DNA of 64,000 nucleotides from Parcubacteria group bacterium Gr01-1014_17. Its GTDB lineage: Bacteria > Patescibacteriota > Minisyncoccia > Phycocordibacterales > UBA10002. The position numbers and the translations under genes were made by a program. Of the stretch, positions 1 through 10,756 are shown one piece after another (position 1 is the first letter of the stretch; every line of letters begins with the position of its first letter). The stretch lies in the NCBI GenBank assembly GCA_007376285.1, contig VMFZ01000004.1, positions 300 through 64,299 of the forward strand, written 5' to 3'. The notes beneath the pieces were generated by a model. That model was given only the letters and a program-made list of their open reading frames with translations, had not been told where the DNA came from and did not search any database.

Positions 1-1167
1 CTTTCAAACGACCTCTGCTCCTTAAACCCCGACGAAGATAAGTTTGCATTTTCCGCCGTGTTTGAAATCAACGAAAAAGCAGAGGTGCTTTCGCGTTGGT
101 TCGGGCGCACCGTCATCCGCTCCGTCAAACGATTTACCTACGAAAACGCGCAAGAAGTTATTGATGCAAAAACGGGAGCGCTCTCCGAAGAACTTTTGAC
201 GCTGAATCGCCTCGCGAAAATAATGCAGGAGAAAAATCGCAAGGCGGGCGCGATTGATTTTGCGCAAGATGAAGTGAAGTTTGAACTGGACAAAGACGGC
301 TGGCCGGTGCGCGTGTATAAAAAGCCCCATCTGCAAACGCACAAGCTGATTGAAGAATGGATGCTCCTTGCGAACCGCGAAGTCGCGGAGTTTCTTTCGC
401 ACGCGCGCCCGCCTGCCGATCGGCGGGCAGGCGAAAAGCAGAAAAGCAAAGCACCCGTCTTATACCGCATCCACGACTTGCCCGACAGCGACAAAATAAC
501 CGAGCTTGCCCTATTTGTGCGTGCGCTCGGGCACCACTTGCCCATTACAGGTAAAAGTGTAACTGGTAAAGACCTTCAGCAATTGTTTAAGAAAATAGAG
601 GGCTCTGCGGAAGAAGCACTGATTAAAACAACGGCGCTCCGCTCAATGTCCAAGGCAATCTATTCAACCAAAAACATTGGACATTTTGGGTTGGCGATGC
701 CATTTTATACGCACTTCACCTCCCCTATCCGCCGCTACGCGGACTTGCTTATACACCGTATGCTCGCGGGGCATCTCCACGGAGAAAAGATGGATGAACA
801 GGAATGGTCGGAATATGAACGACTTGCGGCGCACATTACAGAAAAGGAAATCGCGGCGGCAGAAGCCGAGCGTGAGTCGGTGAAAATCAAGAAAGTAGAG
901 TATATGTCGGAGCGTGTGGGGCAAGAGTTTAGTGGTGTTATTTCCGGTGTTACCGAATGGGGCGTATATATAGAAGAGAACGACACCAAGGCGGAAGGTA
1001 TGGCGGCGCTCCGTAACTTTGGAGACGACTTCTACTCGTTGGATGAGAAGCATTACTGCATTGTCGGCGCGCGCTCAAAGAAAAAATATTCCCTCGGCGA
1101 CAAAGTGCGCTTCAAAATTCTCAGCGCCGACACGGAGCGCAAAACACTAGATTATCAGATTGTGTAA
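1..1167 (+). CDS. rnr: Ribonuclease R, 5'-truncated by window edge
   Basis: Frame open from base 1 (LSNDLCSLNPDEDK); RNB motifs IEEWMLLAN and YTHFTSPIRRYADL; C-terminal S1 domain. Confidence 0.95.
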   Translation, partial: LSNDLCSLNPDEDKFAFSAVFEINEKAEVLSRWFGRTVIRSVKRFTYENAQEVIDAKTGALSEELLTLNRLAKIMQEKNRKAGAIDFAQDEVKFELDKDGWPVRVYKKPHLQTHKLIEEWMLLANREVAEFLSHARPPADRRAGEKQKSKAPVLYRIHDLPDSDKITELALFVRALGHHLPITGKSVTGKDLQQLFKKIEGSAEEALIKTTALRSMSKAIYSTKNIGHFGLAMPFYTHFTSPIRRYADLLIHRMLAGHLHGEKMDEQEWSEYERLAAHITEKEIAAAEAERESVKIKKVEYMSERVGQEFSGVISGVTEWGVYIEENDTKAEGMAALRNFGDDFYSLDEKHYCIVGARSKKKYSLGDKVRFKILSADTERKTLDYQIV

Positions 1168-1219
1168 AAAAGAAAACCGGCGAGGACGCATATTGCGCAC
1201 CTCACCGGTAATAAGACGA

Positions 1220-1363
1220 TTACTTCTTTTTGATTTGAGTAACTCGGTATGTTACCCTTACGACGGTGTCTCGTTGGGGCATTGGTCCCGTCATTCGAGT
1301 CGGTCCACAAGGAACAGGGGCATGGTAATTGCTGACCGACACATAGTCCCAGTCCTCACACAT
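1220..1363 (-). CDS. Possible 47-aa small protein (MCEDWDY...TQIKKK)
   Basis: Manually read ATG-TAA ORF followed by a hairpin and T-run at ~1166-1210; no family recognised. Confidence 0.25.
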   Translation of the reverse strand: MCEDWDYVSVSNYHAPVPCGPTRMTGPMPQRDTVVRVTYRVTQIKKK

Positions 1364-1639
1364 AATCCGTCAAGTTGCGCGTGGTTGCGGGGTTTGCTAG
1401 TATGCAGATACAAATGCCTTCGGGCCGGCCCCCGCAAGGGGGAGAAAAGGAAAAGCCGTTAGAGTAAATCTCTCGCGGCTTTTCTTATTTTCTCAAACTT
1501 CTTTTTGTTCAAGAATCCTATTTTCTATATCTGGTGCCGGAAAAAGAGAGCGAGCAGAACCTCGTTGAGGCGCGCCGAGAAAGAGTTTTGCGAGCGCCTT
1601 ATTTGCCCATAAAACCAAAGTCGTGCAATACTGGACGGA

Positions 1640-3835
1640 ATGGCGCACAAATTGTTGATTGTTGAATCGCCTGCAAAGGCGAAAACCATCGGGAAATATC
1701 TCGGCGCGGATTTTGTTGTCAAAGCATCTATCGGTCATGTGCGGGACTTACCGAAGTCCAGTAAAAACGCCGTGGACATCGCGGCGGGTTTCGTACCGCA
1801 TTACGAAATCGTCAAGAAAAAAGAAACGGTAGTTGCAGAAATAACCGAAGCGGCGAAAAAAGCAAGCGAAGTGATTCTCGCGACCGACCCCGACCGCGAA
1901 GGCGAAGCAATCGCGTGGCACATTGCCGAAATCCTTAAAGAAAAACTCGGGAAAGCACGACCGCCCATAGCGCGCGCCGTCTACCACGAAATTACCAAAG
2001 AAGCGATTGAAGACGCGCTCGCGCATCCGCGCGCGGTAGACCAAAACCTGCGCAAAGCGCAAGAGGCGCGGCGCGTGTTGGACCGTCTTGTGGGCTATGA
2101 CCTTTCCGGGCTCATTTGGAAAAAAATCCGCTACGGGCTTTCCGCGGGCCGCGTGCAATCCCCCGCGCTCCGCATCCTTGCGGAGCGCGAGCGCGAGATT
2201 CTGGCGTTTGTACCAGAGACCTTCTGGGTGATTACCGCAGATACGGAAACGCCGTCTCGTGCAAAGCTCTTGCTCACCTGCTCAGAAGAACCGCGCGACA
2301 ATAAACTGGTAGAGAAAATTCTTGAGGAAGGAAAAAAGGGCGCGTGGAGCATTACGGATGTATCCGAGACCAAAACAAAACGCGCGCCGAAGCCGCCCTT
2401 TATTACTTCAACGCTCCAACAAGCCGCATCAACGCGCCTCGGTTTTTCTCCAAAGCGGACGATGCTCCTTGCGCAAAAGCTCTACGAAGCGGGACAGATT
2501 ACCTATATGCGCACCGACTCCACCAACCTCGCCGAGTCGGCGCGCGCGCAAATTGCGGGCGTGATTAGCAAAGAGTTTGGAAAAGAACTTGTTGCGCTTC
2601 GCACCTACAGCGGCAAAGTGAAGAACGCACAAGAGGCGCACGAGGCGATTCGCCCGACTCATTTCTCGCAAAAAAACGCGGGCGCAACGCCCGAGCAGAA
2701 GAAACTCTACGACCTTATCTGGAAGCGCACCGTTGCCTCGCAAATGCCTGACGCGGAAATGCTTCGTACCAAAATTACGGCAAATATTGCCGAGAAAAAC
2801 ATTCCGGATTTTGCGGCAAATGGCGTACGACTCTTATCGGAAGGGTGGCTCTGTGCCGATCCGGAGGCACACGGCGAGGATGTGGAATTACCCAAAGCAT
2901 CAGTTGGCGATGCACTCGCGCTGCTCGCGCTCAACACACAAGAAAAACAGACCGAACCGCCTTCGCGTTACAGCGAAGCGGGGCTGGTAAAAGAACTTGA
3001 GAAGCGCGGCATCGGGCGACCATCCACCTACGCCTCTATTATGGAGACATTAGTTGAACGCGAATATGTAACGCGCGAAAATCGTTCTCTCAAACCCACC
3101 GACACCGGTATGGTGGTCAGCGGCTTTTTGGAAAAACATTTCGCTTCTTACATCAACGATTCGTTCACCGCAGAAATGGAAGACAAACTAGACGACATTG
3201 CAAACGGAAGCCGCGAATATGAAAAGACCTTGAAAGAGTTCTATGTTCCTTTTCACAAAGATGTGAAGTCAAAAGAAAAACTTGATAAAGCAACAACACT
3301 TGGCAACGCGCCGAAAGAATTCAAATGTCCGCCTTGCGGAGGGCCGATGGTTTGGAAGCTCGGGCGCAGCGGAAAGTTTCTTTCCTGCGAACGCTTTCCA
3401 GATTGCACTGGAGCGCTCACCGCAGAGGGGCAGGAAATAAAACCAGACGAGCCGATCGGAAAAGACACGAACACCGGCGAGGATATCTTTCTACTGAACG
3501 GCCGATTCGGCTTTTATGTGCAGGTAGGAAAGTTAGAAAAAGGCGCGAAAAAAAAGGATGCCCCTAAACTCCGGCGCGCGAGCGTTCCGCGCTCGTTTGA
3601 TGTGTCCAAACTCACGGTTGCGGATGCGCTCAAGTTCCTTTCGTTGCCCCGCGTACTAGGCACACACCTGGCGACCGGCAAAGACATTAGTGCAAACATA
3701 GGCCGATTCGGTCCATATATCGTGCACGATGGCGACTTCCGTTCGCTCAAACCGCCCGACAACCCGTACGACATCGCCCTCCCCCGCGCGCTTGAGATTC
3801 TGAAAGAAGAAAAAAAGACCAGAGGCAAAAAATAA
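1640..3835 (+). CDS. topA: DNA topoisomerase I
   Basis: TOPRIM IVESPAKAKTI, ATDPDREGEAI, SAGRVQS, ITYMRTDS; Zn ribbon and C-terminal repeats. Confidence 0.97.
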   Translation: MAHKLLIVESPAKAKTIGKYLGADFVVKASIGHVRDLPKSSKNAVDIAAGFVPHYEIVKKKETVVAEITEAAKKASEVILATDPDREGEAIAWHIAEILKEKLGKARPPIARAVYHEITKEAIEDALAHPRAVDQNLRKAQEARRVLDRLVGYDLSGLIWKKIRYGLSAGRVQSPALRILAEREREILAFVPETFWVITADTETPSRAKLLLTCSEEPRDNKLVEKILEEGKKGAWSITDVSETKTKRAPKPPFITSTLQQAASTRLGFSPKRTMLLAQKLYEAGQITYMRTDSTNLAESARAQIAGVISKEFGKELVALRTYSGKVKNAQEAHEAIRPTHFSQKNAGATPEQKKLYDLIWKRTVASQMPDAEMLRTKITANIAEKNIPDFAANGVRLLSEGWLCADPEAHGEDVELPKASVGDALALLALNTQEKQTEPPSRYSEAGLVKELEKRGIGRPSTYASIMETLVEREYVTRENRSLKPTDTGMVVSGFLEKHFASYINDSFTAEMEDKLDDIANGSREYEKTLKEFYVPFHKDVKSKEKLDKATTLGNAPKEFKCPPCGGPMVWKLGRSGKFLSCERFPDCTGALTAEGQEIKPDEPIGKDTNTGEDIFLLNGRFGFYVQVGKLEKGAKKKDAPKLRRASVPRSFDVSKLTVADALKFLSLPRVLGTHLATGKDISANIGRFGPYIVHDGDFRSLKPPDNPYDIALPRALEILKEEKKTRGKK

Positions 3836-3858
3836 GAGGACTGCACGCCGTGCAGTCC

Positions 3859-4743
3859 TCAAGGTCTTCGTTTCCATTCCGACTCGCCAAGGAGTATCCG
3901 CATACGCGAAGGCGTTCGAAGTTTACGAAGTGCTCGCGCCTCAATTTGGCGGATGCGCTCGCGAGTTACCTTGAACTTTTTCCCGACCTCCTCAAGCGTC
4001 AATCCATAACCGCCGTCAGAGAAACCAAAACGATCTTTGAGTATGTGCTGTTCTCGCTCCGAAAGTGTCCCAAGCGCCTGCTCAAGACTGGAGAGAAGCG
4101 TCTCCCGTTCCACACGAGCCGAGGGATCAACCGCATGCTCATCGGGAATCACATCACCAAGGAATGTCTCGTGGCCTTCATCGTTCCGCGAGATTGGGAT
4201 ATTTAGCGATACCGTGAAGGCAAGATTGAGGCATCGTTCGACGAACTCGGGGGTCTCTCCGGTCGCCGCGGCAAGCTCAATTGTTGAAGGTACCCGCCCA
4301 AACTCCTCAGCAAGCTCGTCGCTTATGCGCAGAATGCGCCAGCGACGGGAAAGTGCGTGTACTGGAATTCTGATGACACGCGCTTGATTTGCTATCGCGC
4401 GCATCATGCACTGCCTTATCCACCATCTCGCATAGGTAGTGAGCTTAAAACCTTTGCTTGGCTTGAAATGTTCAACCGCTTTCATGAGGCCAATATTTCC
4501 TTCCTGTATCAACTCCAAGAAACTTAGTCCGTATCCGACATATCCTTTTGCTAACAAAATCACAAACCGCAGATTGTGCTGGATAATTTTATCCCACACA
4601 CCGCGATTTTTGGTTTTCTTAAACTTTCGGCACAAGCGGACAGTCTCGTCTGGAGGTAGGACAGGAAATTCGCTGACTTCACGAAGGTATGCTGCAACTG
4701 AATCGCTCTCCTCCCACATCCTCTGACCATTTTTGGTCATCAT
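3859..4743 (-). CDS. Sigma-70 family sigma factor (RpoD/RpoS-like, lacks region 1.1)
   Basis: [51 protein letters not shown]. Confidence 0.92.
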   Translation of the reverse strand: MMTKNGQRMWEESDSVAAYLREVSEFPVLPPDETVRLCRKFKKTKNRGVWDKIIQHNLRFVILLAKGYVGYGLSFLELIQEGNIGLMKAVEHFKPSKGFKLTTYARWWIRQCMMRAIANQARVIRIPVHALSRRWRILRISDELAEEFGRVPSTIELAAATGETPEFVERCLNLAFTVSLNIPISRNDEGHETFLGDVIPDEHAVDPSARVERETLLSSLEQALGTLSEREQHILKDRFGFSDGGYGLTLEEVGKKFKVTRERIRQIEARALRKLRTPSRMRILLGESEWKRRP

Positions 4744-4816
4744 AATGAACTCCTTTCTTTAATCTCGCGCCATACTACTATATAACAAATGGATTCGCAA
4801 GAAGACATTTTCACCA

Positions 4817-5440
4817 CTATTTCAAAATCACTTTTTCCAAGATAATCGGGGATTTTGGAATATCGCGCGCGCCGACTTCGGCGTGGCTTATGGCGAGCGC
4901 GACATCAAGTCCAGCCGTCACTTTTGCAAAAATCGTGTGCTTGCCCGCGAGCCATGGCGTTTCTTTCGCCGTTACCACAAAAAACTGGCTGCCGTTTGTG
5001 TTAGGCCCTGAGTTCGCCATAGCGACTGCTCCGCGCATAAATTTTTCATCATTTATTTCGTCCGCAAACTGATAACCGGGCCCGCCCGTGCCCCACAACT
5101 CGCTATGCGTGTCGTCTTTGGAAAGCGGGTCGCCACCTTGAATCATAAAGTCCGCAATCACGCGATGGAACTTGGTGCCGTCAAAAAAACCTTTCTCGAC
5201 AAGAGCGATAAAATTTGCAACTGTCTTCGGCGCTTTGTCGTGCAAAAACGAAATCTGAACCGAGCCGTAGTTTGTTTTGAGCGTTGCACCGCTCCACTGC
5301 CTTGCGACGCGCTCCGCGCCGTTTGCTTCTATTGCCTGCTTTACATCTTTTGCGCCATTAGCAAAATACCACCAGAGCCCAAGTGCCGCGGCAACCAACA
5401 CCAGCGCAACAATAAATGGAATTCGAAATTCTTTCATCAT
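4817..5440 (-). CDS. Cyclophilin-type peptidyl-prolyl isomerase with N-terminal membrane anchor
   Basis: FHRVIADFMIQGGDP, AMANSGPNTNGSQFF, LAGKHTIF; start re-assigned to MMKEF. Confidence 0.93.
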   Translation of the reverse strand: MMKEFRIPFIVALVLVAAALGLWWYFANGAKDVKQAIEANGAERVARQWSGATLKTNYGSVQISFLHDKAPKTVANFIALVEKGFFDGTKFHRVIADFMIQGGDPLSKDDTHSELWGTGGPGYQFADEINDEKFMRGAVAMANSGPNTNGSQFFVVTAKETPWLAGKHTIFAKVTAGLDVALAISHAEVGARDIPKSPIILEKVILK

Positions 5441-5441
5441 A

Positions 5442-5909
5442 TTATTTCTTCCACCACTTCCACTTAATAGATGGCACTTTGAAACGAGGCATGCGGGGCA
5501 TCTTGAAGCGCGGCACGCGCACATACTTCTTGCCCGTGCCATACCAACCGCGAAGCATTTCCTTCACGGCGCGCCGACTACGGCGCAAAAACGAAATATA
5601 TCTTCCCTTCGCGCGGCCGAGCCCTGTCTCAAGCTCATCGCGCGCATCACTGATTGCCGTATGAATATCGCTCCGCTCCGCAACGGCGCGGAATGTCCCG
5701 CGCCGCGAACGAATGTTAAACTCGGCGCGGAATATATCGCCTTTTTCATGATGATGCGTCGTGCGACCCACCTCAATTTGCACCTTGAGCGTCGGGTCGT
5801 CAAGAGCAATCAAACCCGCGAGCGACAAAAAGCGGCGCTCCACAAACTCGCGCAACTCCGGCGAGAGCTCTATGTTGGTTGCTTTTATGTTAAAAGAAAG
5901 CGGCAACAT
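5442..5909 (-). CDS. Ribosome hibernation factor HPF/RaiA family
   Basis: NIKATNIELSPELREFVE, HHEKGDIFRAE, DIHTAISDARDEL. Confidence 0.8.
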   Translation of the reverse strand: MLPLSFNIKATNIELSPELREFVERRFLSLAGLIALDDPTLKVQIEVGRTTHHHEKGDIFRAEFNIRSRRGTFRAVAERSDIHTAISDARDELETGLGRAKGRYISFLRRSRRAVKEMLRGWYGTGKKYVRVPRFKMPRMPRFKVPSIKWKWWKK

Positions 5910-5925
5910 TATTTTCTATTATAAC

Positions 5926-6576
5926 TTACTTTATATTTACTTTGTAACGCGCGATAAGTTCTGTTTGCGCCAACACATACCCTTTCATCTCCGTCAATAT
6001 CTCCGCCTTAGTACTTCCCACACGAAGCGGGAGCGTGCGGCTCAATGCATATACGCGAAATACATACTTATGTTCTTTTTGGTCGGATGGACACGAACCA
6101 CCATATCCGATTTTTCCCCAAGAATTAAGGCCTACTCTACCCGGCGGCTCTTTGCCTTCAGGAATTTCGCGAACTGTAGGCGGAATGTTGAACACAACCC
6201 AATGAGTCCGCGTTCCTCCTACTGCATCAGAGTCATCCATAATTAAAACAAGCGATTGCGCTTTTTCCGGCACGCCAGATATAGAGAGTGGTGGAGATAT
6301 ATTTAAACCACTTGTGGTGAGCGCAGTCGAACCATCACAAGTGTAGCGCGCAGGCATCACGCTTCCGTTTGCAAACACTGTACTTGAAAGCGCAAATGCT
6401 TGTTTCTTCGGTTCTGCGTTTATTTCAGCGCTTCCAATTCCTGCAACTTGCTCGGTACTGGGTGGTGTGGAAAGAAATTTTATAAACCCATCAAACCACG
6501 ATGTGCCCGACGGGTTAAACGCGAGCAAAGAAAACAAAAGTGTGATTCCCAAAATAATTCCTCCAGCGAGTTCCAT
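5926..6576 (-). CDS. YbhB/YbcL (PEBP) family protein with N-terminal TM segment
   Basis: YTCDG..ISPPL, SLVLIMDDSDA, THWVVFNIP, HKYVFRVYAL. Confidence 0.9.
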   Translation of the reverse strand: MELAGGIILGITLLFSLLAFNPSGTSWFDGFIKFLSTPPSTEQVAGIGSAEINAEPKKQAFALSSTVFANGSVMPARYTCDGSTALTTSGLNISPPLSISGVPEKAQSLVLIMDDSDAVGGTRTHWVVFNIPPTVREIPEGKEPPGRVGLNSWGKIGYGGSCPSDQKEHKYVFRVYALSRTLPLRVGSTKAEILTEMKGYVLAQTELIARYKVNIK

Positions 6577-6597
6577 TCTTGTCTTATAACACAAAAA

Positions 6598-7182
6598 TTA
6601 CTTGCGCGCAACCTTGAGCGCATTCCCCCACCACGCAAGTTGCGCGAGCATTTCATCTGCGGACTCGGTAAGCGTGTCGGTTTTGAGCTTGCCGCTTTTA
6701 TCAAGCAACCCCCAGAAATTTTGGATGTGCACAGCGTTTCGGATAGGCGCCATTTGAAGTTCAATCGCCACGAGCCGCAGTTGTTCAACAACGCGCGCGC
6801 CACCAACGCCACCCCAACTCACAAATCCAACCGGCTTGTTGTTCCATTCCGCGTACGCATAATCCAGCGCGTTTTTCAACACCGCAGGATATCCGTGATT
6901 GTATTCTGGCGAACAAATAATAAACGCGTCTTTTTCTTTTATTTTCTCCGCCCACTTTTTAACCGCGGGGTTTTTGTAGTCCGTTCCCCCCATAAATGGC
7001 GACGACGACTGGTCAAAAAATGGTAACGGGTAGTCGCGCAAATCCAAAAGCTCCGCCTCAATGCCCACGCGCTTGTTCGCCTCGCCATATATCCAGCGCG
7101 CGGGCTGTTCGCCAAACCGCCCCTGCCTCGTGCTCCCCACAATTACTCCAACCTTCAACTTTTTTCCACTTTGTTTTTTCAT
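6598..7182 (-). CDS. NADPH-dependent FMN reductase
   Basis: GSTRQGRFG, SPEYNHGYPAVLKNALD, WNNKPVGFVSWG. Confidence 0.93.
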   Translation of the reverse strand: MKKQSGKKLKVGVIVGSTRQGRFGEQPARWIYGEANKRVGIEAELLDLRDYPLPFFDQSSSPFMGGTDYKNPAVKKWAEKIKEKDAFIICSPEYNHGYPAVLKNALDYAYAEWNNKPVGFVSWGGVGGARVVEQLRLVAIELQMAPIRNAVHIQNFWGLLDKSGKLKTDTLTESADEMLAQLAWWGNALKVARK

Positions 7183-7297
7183 AGAATGTAAATGATACCA
7201 TACGCGCTTATTTTTCCACCACAACCCTCCTACTTTCCTAGGAATGTAGGAGGAACAGCACAACATTCAATACGCCACCCGTGTGGCGTATTACGAC

Positions 7298-7603
7298 TTA
7301 CAGTAAACGGTAGGTTACATAGTGGCCTACCTTACCCACTTGCTCCACCTTGCCCTCGCGCTCAAGTTCGTCTAAGTAGCGCACAGCGGTGCGTGGAGAT
7401 ACGCCGAGCGCGGCGCGGATTTCGGTGTTGGAGAGTTCGCGTTTATCTTGAAAAAGAGAAAGTATTTTTTGCTTGCGCGCCTGTTTTTGCGACGCTGTCT
7501 CAATCGCCGAGGCACAAATACCGACAACCTGCTCCCTCGTTCTCCTTGAGAGCAAAAGAACAATAACAACAATCCCGATGATGATTAAAATTATTTGCGT
7601 CAT
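7298..7603 (-). CDS. Small membrane-anchored winged-HTH protein
   Basis: Hydrophobic N-terminus then SNTEIRAALGVSPRTAVRYLDELE. Confidence 0.75.
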   Translation of the reverse strand: MTQIILIIIGIVVIVLLLSRRTREQVVGICASAIETASQKQARKQKILSLFQDKRELSNTEIRAALGVSPRTAVRYLDELEREGKVEQVGKVGHYVTYRLL

Positions 7604-7612
7604 TGGGTTAGT

Positions 7613-9922
7613 TTATTTATGCTTTTTTATCGTCTCAACAATGTCGTTTGTTTTCACCTTTTCCGCCAGCAAAAATTGAAACCGCTCACCGCTCAGTTCC
7701 GCCCATTTCTCGCCAAGTTCTTTTTTATAGTTCGTATCTTCCGAACCTTTCAGTTGTCCGCCTTTGTATTCAATTAAAAAGATATCTCCATTTTTTGTAC
7801 TTACCACGAAGTCGGCGAAAAATCGCGCCTTTTTCCAGCCGCTCAAACAGAAACCACTGTCTTTCGGATTTCGCACCCACCATTCAACATTTTCCAAATT
7901 ATCAATCTTTTTTATGAACTCAATCTCTTCTTTGTTTAAGTAGTCCGCTTTATCGTAGACGCACTTGCTGAACGGTTCGCGTGAAATACGCGCAAAAGAA
8001 AACTCTTGCGGGAAAACAAAACTCTCCCCATTTGATTTCAGCATCCCTTTTTTCTCTAAATCCACAAATCGCTTTCGCGCCACTTTCTCAATAATCGCAT
8101 CAAGCGCGACATCTAGTTTTTCTTTTAATTCATATCGCACGCGATTGAGCGTCTTAAGCGACACTCCTTCCTTTTGAAGCAACCCAGCCAGCACGCGCCC
8201 AACGAACGCTGACATTTCTTTCTGCGAAATAAACTCTCGTCTTACTTTCTTACAGAGCCACGCGATAAGCCGTTCAATGTTTTCTCCTCCCCATTCGTCA
8301 GACACAGTGTATGTCCCTAACTTTTCTCTTACCAACTCGCCTTTTCGGTTGAAATCAATTTCAATCATCTCGCTCGCGCCGCTACCGACAGAAAATCCTA
8401 TATCAGCCGCCACTCCCACAAGCAGAGGCGCGTTTCCGATAATATCTTCCACATAGTCAAGTTTCCTCCACACGCCGTTTTCTTTTTGCATATTAATATA
8501 CGGCAATTTTATCTCTTCGCGCACTTTCTTTTGCGCGATACCGCCTCCAAGTGCAACTCCACCGTCTTCAATTTCTATCTGCTCGTAGCCGTTTTTCTTG
8601 AGTGCTTCAATAACTGCATCCGCCGTTTTGGTAAAACTGTTTGTTGCACCGAACACATACGCTTTGTTAAGTTCCTCCGCCGCGTGCTCCCGAACATACG
8701 GCAAACGCATTACCCGCCCGATGGTTTGCTCCACCGAGAGCGCGGCGCCAAGATTGGAAACAGACACAAGAATATACGCAAAGGGACAGTCCCACCCCTC
8801 TTTAAGCGCATTGACGGTAATAATGTAACGAATCGGGCAGTCGCTCTTCAAGAGTTTTTCCCCATCCGGCAAGTCGTCATTTTTTGCCGTTTTAATCGCA
8901 ATTTCTCCTTCATCTATTCTCGCCTCATCAACCAGAAACTTCTTAATCTGCTGAACAAACACCCGTTTTTCGCTCTCTTTTTCTTGCTCCGCCTGTATGA
9001 GCATAATCGGGCGAATATATCCGGTTTTGTTTTTGTCTGCCGACTCTTCCAATTCTTTCCGTTTTTTTATGCCCGCCAAAATTGTCTCTTCCCACGGCGT
9101 TACATTCAGCAAACGAATCGGCATCTTTATCATCTTTTGCTTTTGCAATTCCCGCGCCTCTATTTCAAGTAAGATATTGCTCTCGGCGCGCGGCGTTGCC
9201 GTGAATTCAAGCACAAAAGATGGATTCAGCACTTGTATCGTCTCAAAAGACAAGTCCGCTCCGATATTGTGCCCCTCGTCCACCACCACAAATGGATTAT
9301 GCAAACGAATCACATTCGCCAAAGAAAAAACAACCTCGTTATTTTTGCTTTTTTGCAAAAGCGGAGCCACTCTTTCCGGCAAGTCCTCAAAATGCCCCAT
9401 CAGTTCTCCATTGCTCTGAAATACTTTCAGCGCGTCTCTCTGCTCCCGCCGAAACGCGCTCAAGGTTGAAACGACAATGCACACATTTTCCGCAATGTCG
9501 CTTTTCTTGATTGTTTTCGCTTCGCCTACATTAAACACCTTCACCTTCGCGTCAAATCGCGCGTCAATCGCGCTACGAATATCATTAGTGCGATTTTTGA
9601 GCACGCGAAGCGTTTGTTTCAGAATCGCGTCAGACGGCACAAACCACATAACTAAACCAGCATCCCCGCGCTCTTTCAGAAATGAGTCAAAAATAACACC
9701 AACGGAGTGCGCCGCGATGAGCGTTTTGCCTCCGCCGGTCGGCACTTTAATGCATACAATCGGCGCGTTGTTTTCGTCAGAAAAATCCTGATACTGCCGC
9801 TCCGAAACGCTTAATTTTCCAAACGCAAAACGCGCGCCGTCTTCCGGCGGATATTTTTTGCATTCCACTGCATACTCGCGCAGTTTATCCAGACAATCCT
9901 GTTGGTATTTTTTGAGTTGCAT
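7613..9922 (-). CDS. res: Type III restriction enzyme Res subunit (SF2 helicase + PD-(D/E)xK nuclease)
   Basis: VPTGGGKT, VVDEGH, LKEGWDCP, QTIGRVMR, C-terminal FFADF..IEYKG. Confidence 0.9.
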   Translation of the reverse strand: MQLKKYQQDCLDKLREYAVECKKYPPEDGARFAFGKLSVSERQYQDFSDENNAPIVCIKVPTGGGKTLIAAHSVGVIFDSFLKERGDAGLVMWFVPSDAILKQTLRVLKNRTNDIRSAIDARFDAKVKVFNVGEAKTIKKSDIAENVCIVVSTLSAFRREQRDALKVFQSNGELMGHFEDLPERVAPLLQKSKNNEVVFSLANVIRLHNPFVVVDEGHNIGADLSFETIQVLNPSFVLEFTATPRAESNILLEIEARELQKQKMIKMPIRLLNVTPWEETILAGIKKRKELEESADKNKTGYIRPIMLIQAEQEKESEKRVFVQQIKKFLVDEARIDEGEIAIKTAKNDDLPDGEKLLKSDCPIRYIITVNALKEGWDCPFAYILVSVSNLGAALSVEQTIGRVMRLPYVREHAAEELNKAYVFGATNSFTKTADAVIEALKKNGYEQIEIEDGGVALGGGIAQKKVREEIKLPYINMQKENGVWRKLDYVEDIIGNAPLLVGVAADIGFSVGSGASEMIEIDFNRKGELVREKLGTYTVSDEWGGENIERLIAWLCKKVRREFISQKEMSAFVGRVLAGLLQKEGVSLKTLNRVRYELKEKLDVALDAIIEKVARKRFVDLEKKGMLKSNGESFVFPQEFSFARISREPFSKCVYDKADYLNKEEIEFIKKIDNLENVEWWVRNPKDSGFCLSGWKKARFFADFVVSTKNGDIFLIEYKGGQLKGSEDTNYKKELGEKWAELSGERFQFLLAEKVKTNDIVETIKKHK

Positions 9923-10755
9923 TATTGCTCTTTTTTTAGATCGTAATAATAGTTGCCAGCATAGGCAGAACCTATTGGGAAATTCTCAAATTCGCTTTCA
10001 GCTAATACTATCAGTGTTCGACTATTTTTTTCATATTTCATTAAGTAATAATGCTTTTCTTCGTCGCCTGTAGAATCTTTATAACCAATAACTAGATTTA
10101 TCAAATTTCCATCTTCCCTTAACCACAAGATATCCTCCTTATTCTCAAGATTCAATTCAATACTTCTGGATATTCCAGGTCCGATATCCCCCATCGTAGT
10201 AGGTACAAGCATTATCCCGCTTTGACCTGTTTCAGGAGCACGCACTTCTAAAGTCAAGAAGTGGCCTGGAACCGCTCTATATTCAAAAGCTTTTTGTCCC
10301 AAATCAGGACTATCTTCAAATTTTGCAAAAACAAAAAACACATCCTTAGCTACAGACTTTCCTGGATTCAAGAGCTTAAAATTTATAGTTGTGTTGCCGT
10401 CATAACTTATGGAATCCAAATTAATATAGGGTCTATTGGCTGCTTTGTACATCTCAACCCCCTGTATGAAAGAGGAGATTCCTACCGAAGCGGTTACTAA
10501 AGTCAGAAAGACCAATGCACAATTTAACCAAAATGTCCTTCTTTGATATTTAAGTAGGATATATTGCTCTATATAACGGGAAGATGGGTCAACATACCAA
10601 CTTGTAGTAGTGCCGTTTTTCTCAGATGTATTAGCGTAACTCTGTTCCTCCTTAGAAGCATGACGAAGAGCGTCAAACAATTCCTTATCTGAAGACTTTG
10701 GGTTGAGCAATTTTGCTACATTTTTACCTTTATTAAACAATTTCGGAATGTTCAT
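9922..10755 (-). CDS. Hypothetical single-pass membrane protein between mod and res
   Basis: 277-aa AT-rich ORF, one TM segment, abuts both neighbours. Confidence 0.7.
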   Translation of the reverse strand: MNIPKLFNKGKNVAKLLNPKSSDKELFDALRHASKEEQSYANTSEKNGTTTSWYVDPSSRYIEQYILLKYQRRTFWLNCALVFLTLVTASVGISSFIQGVEMYKAANRPYINLDSISYDGNTTINFKLLNPGKSVAKDVFFVFAKFEDSPDLGQKAFEYRAVPGHFLTLEVRAPETGQSGIMLVPTTMGDIGPGISRSIELNLENKEDILWLREDGNLINLVIGYKDSTGDEEKHYYLMKYEKNSRTLIVLAESEFENFPIGSAYAGNYYYDLKKEQ

Positions 10756-10756
10756 A

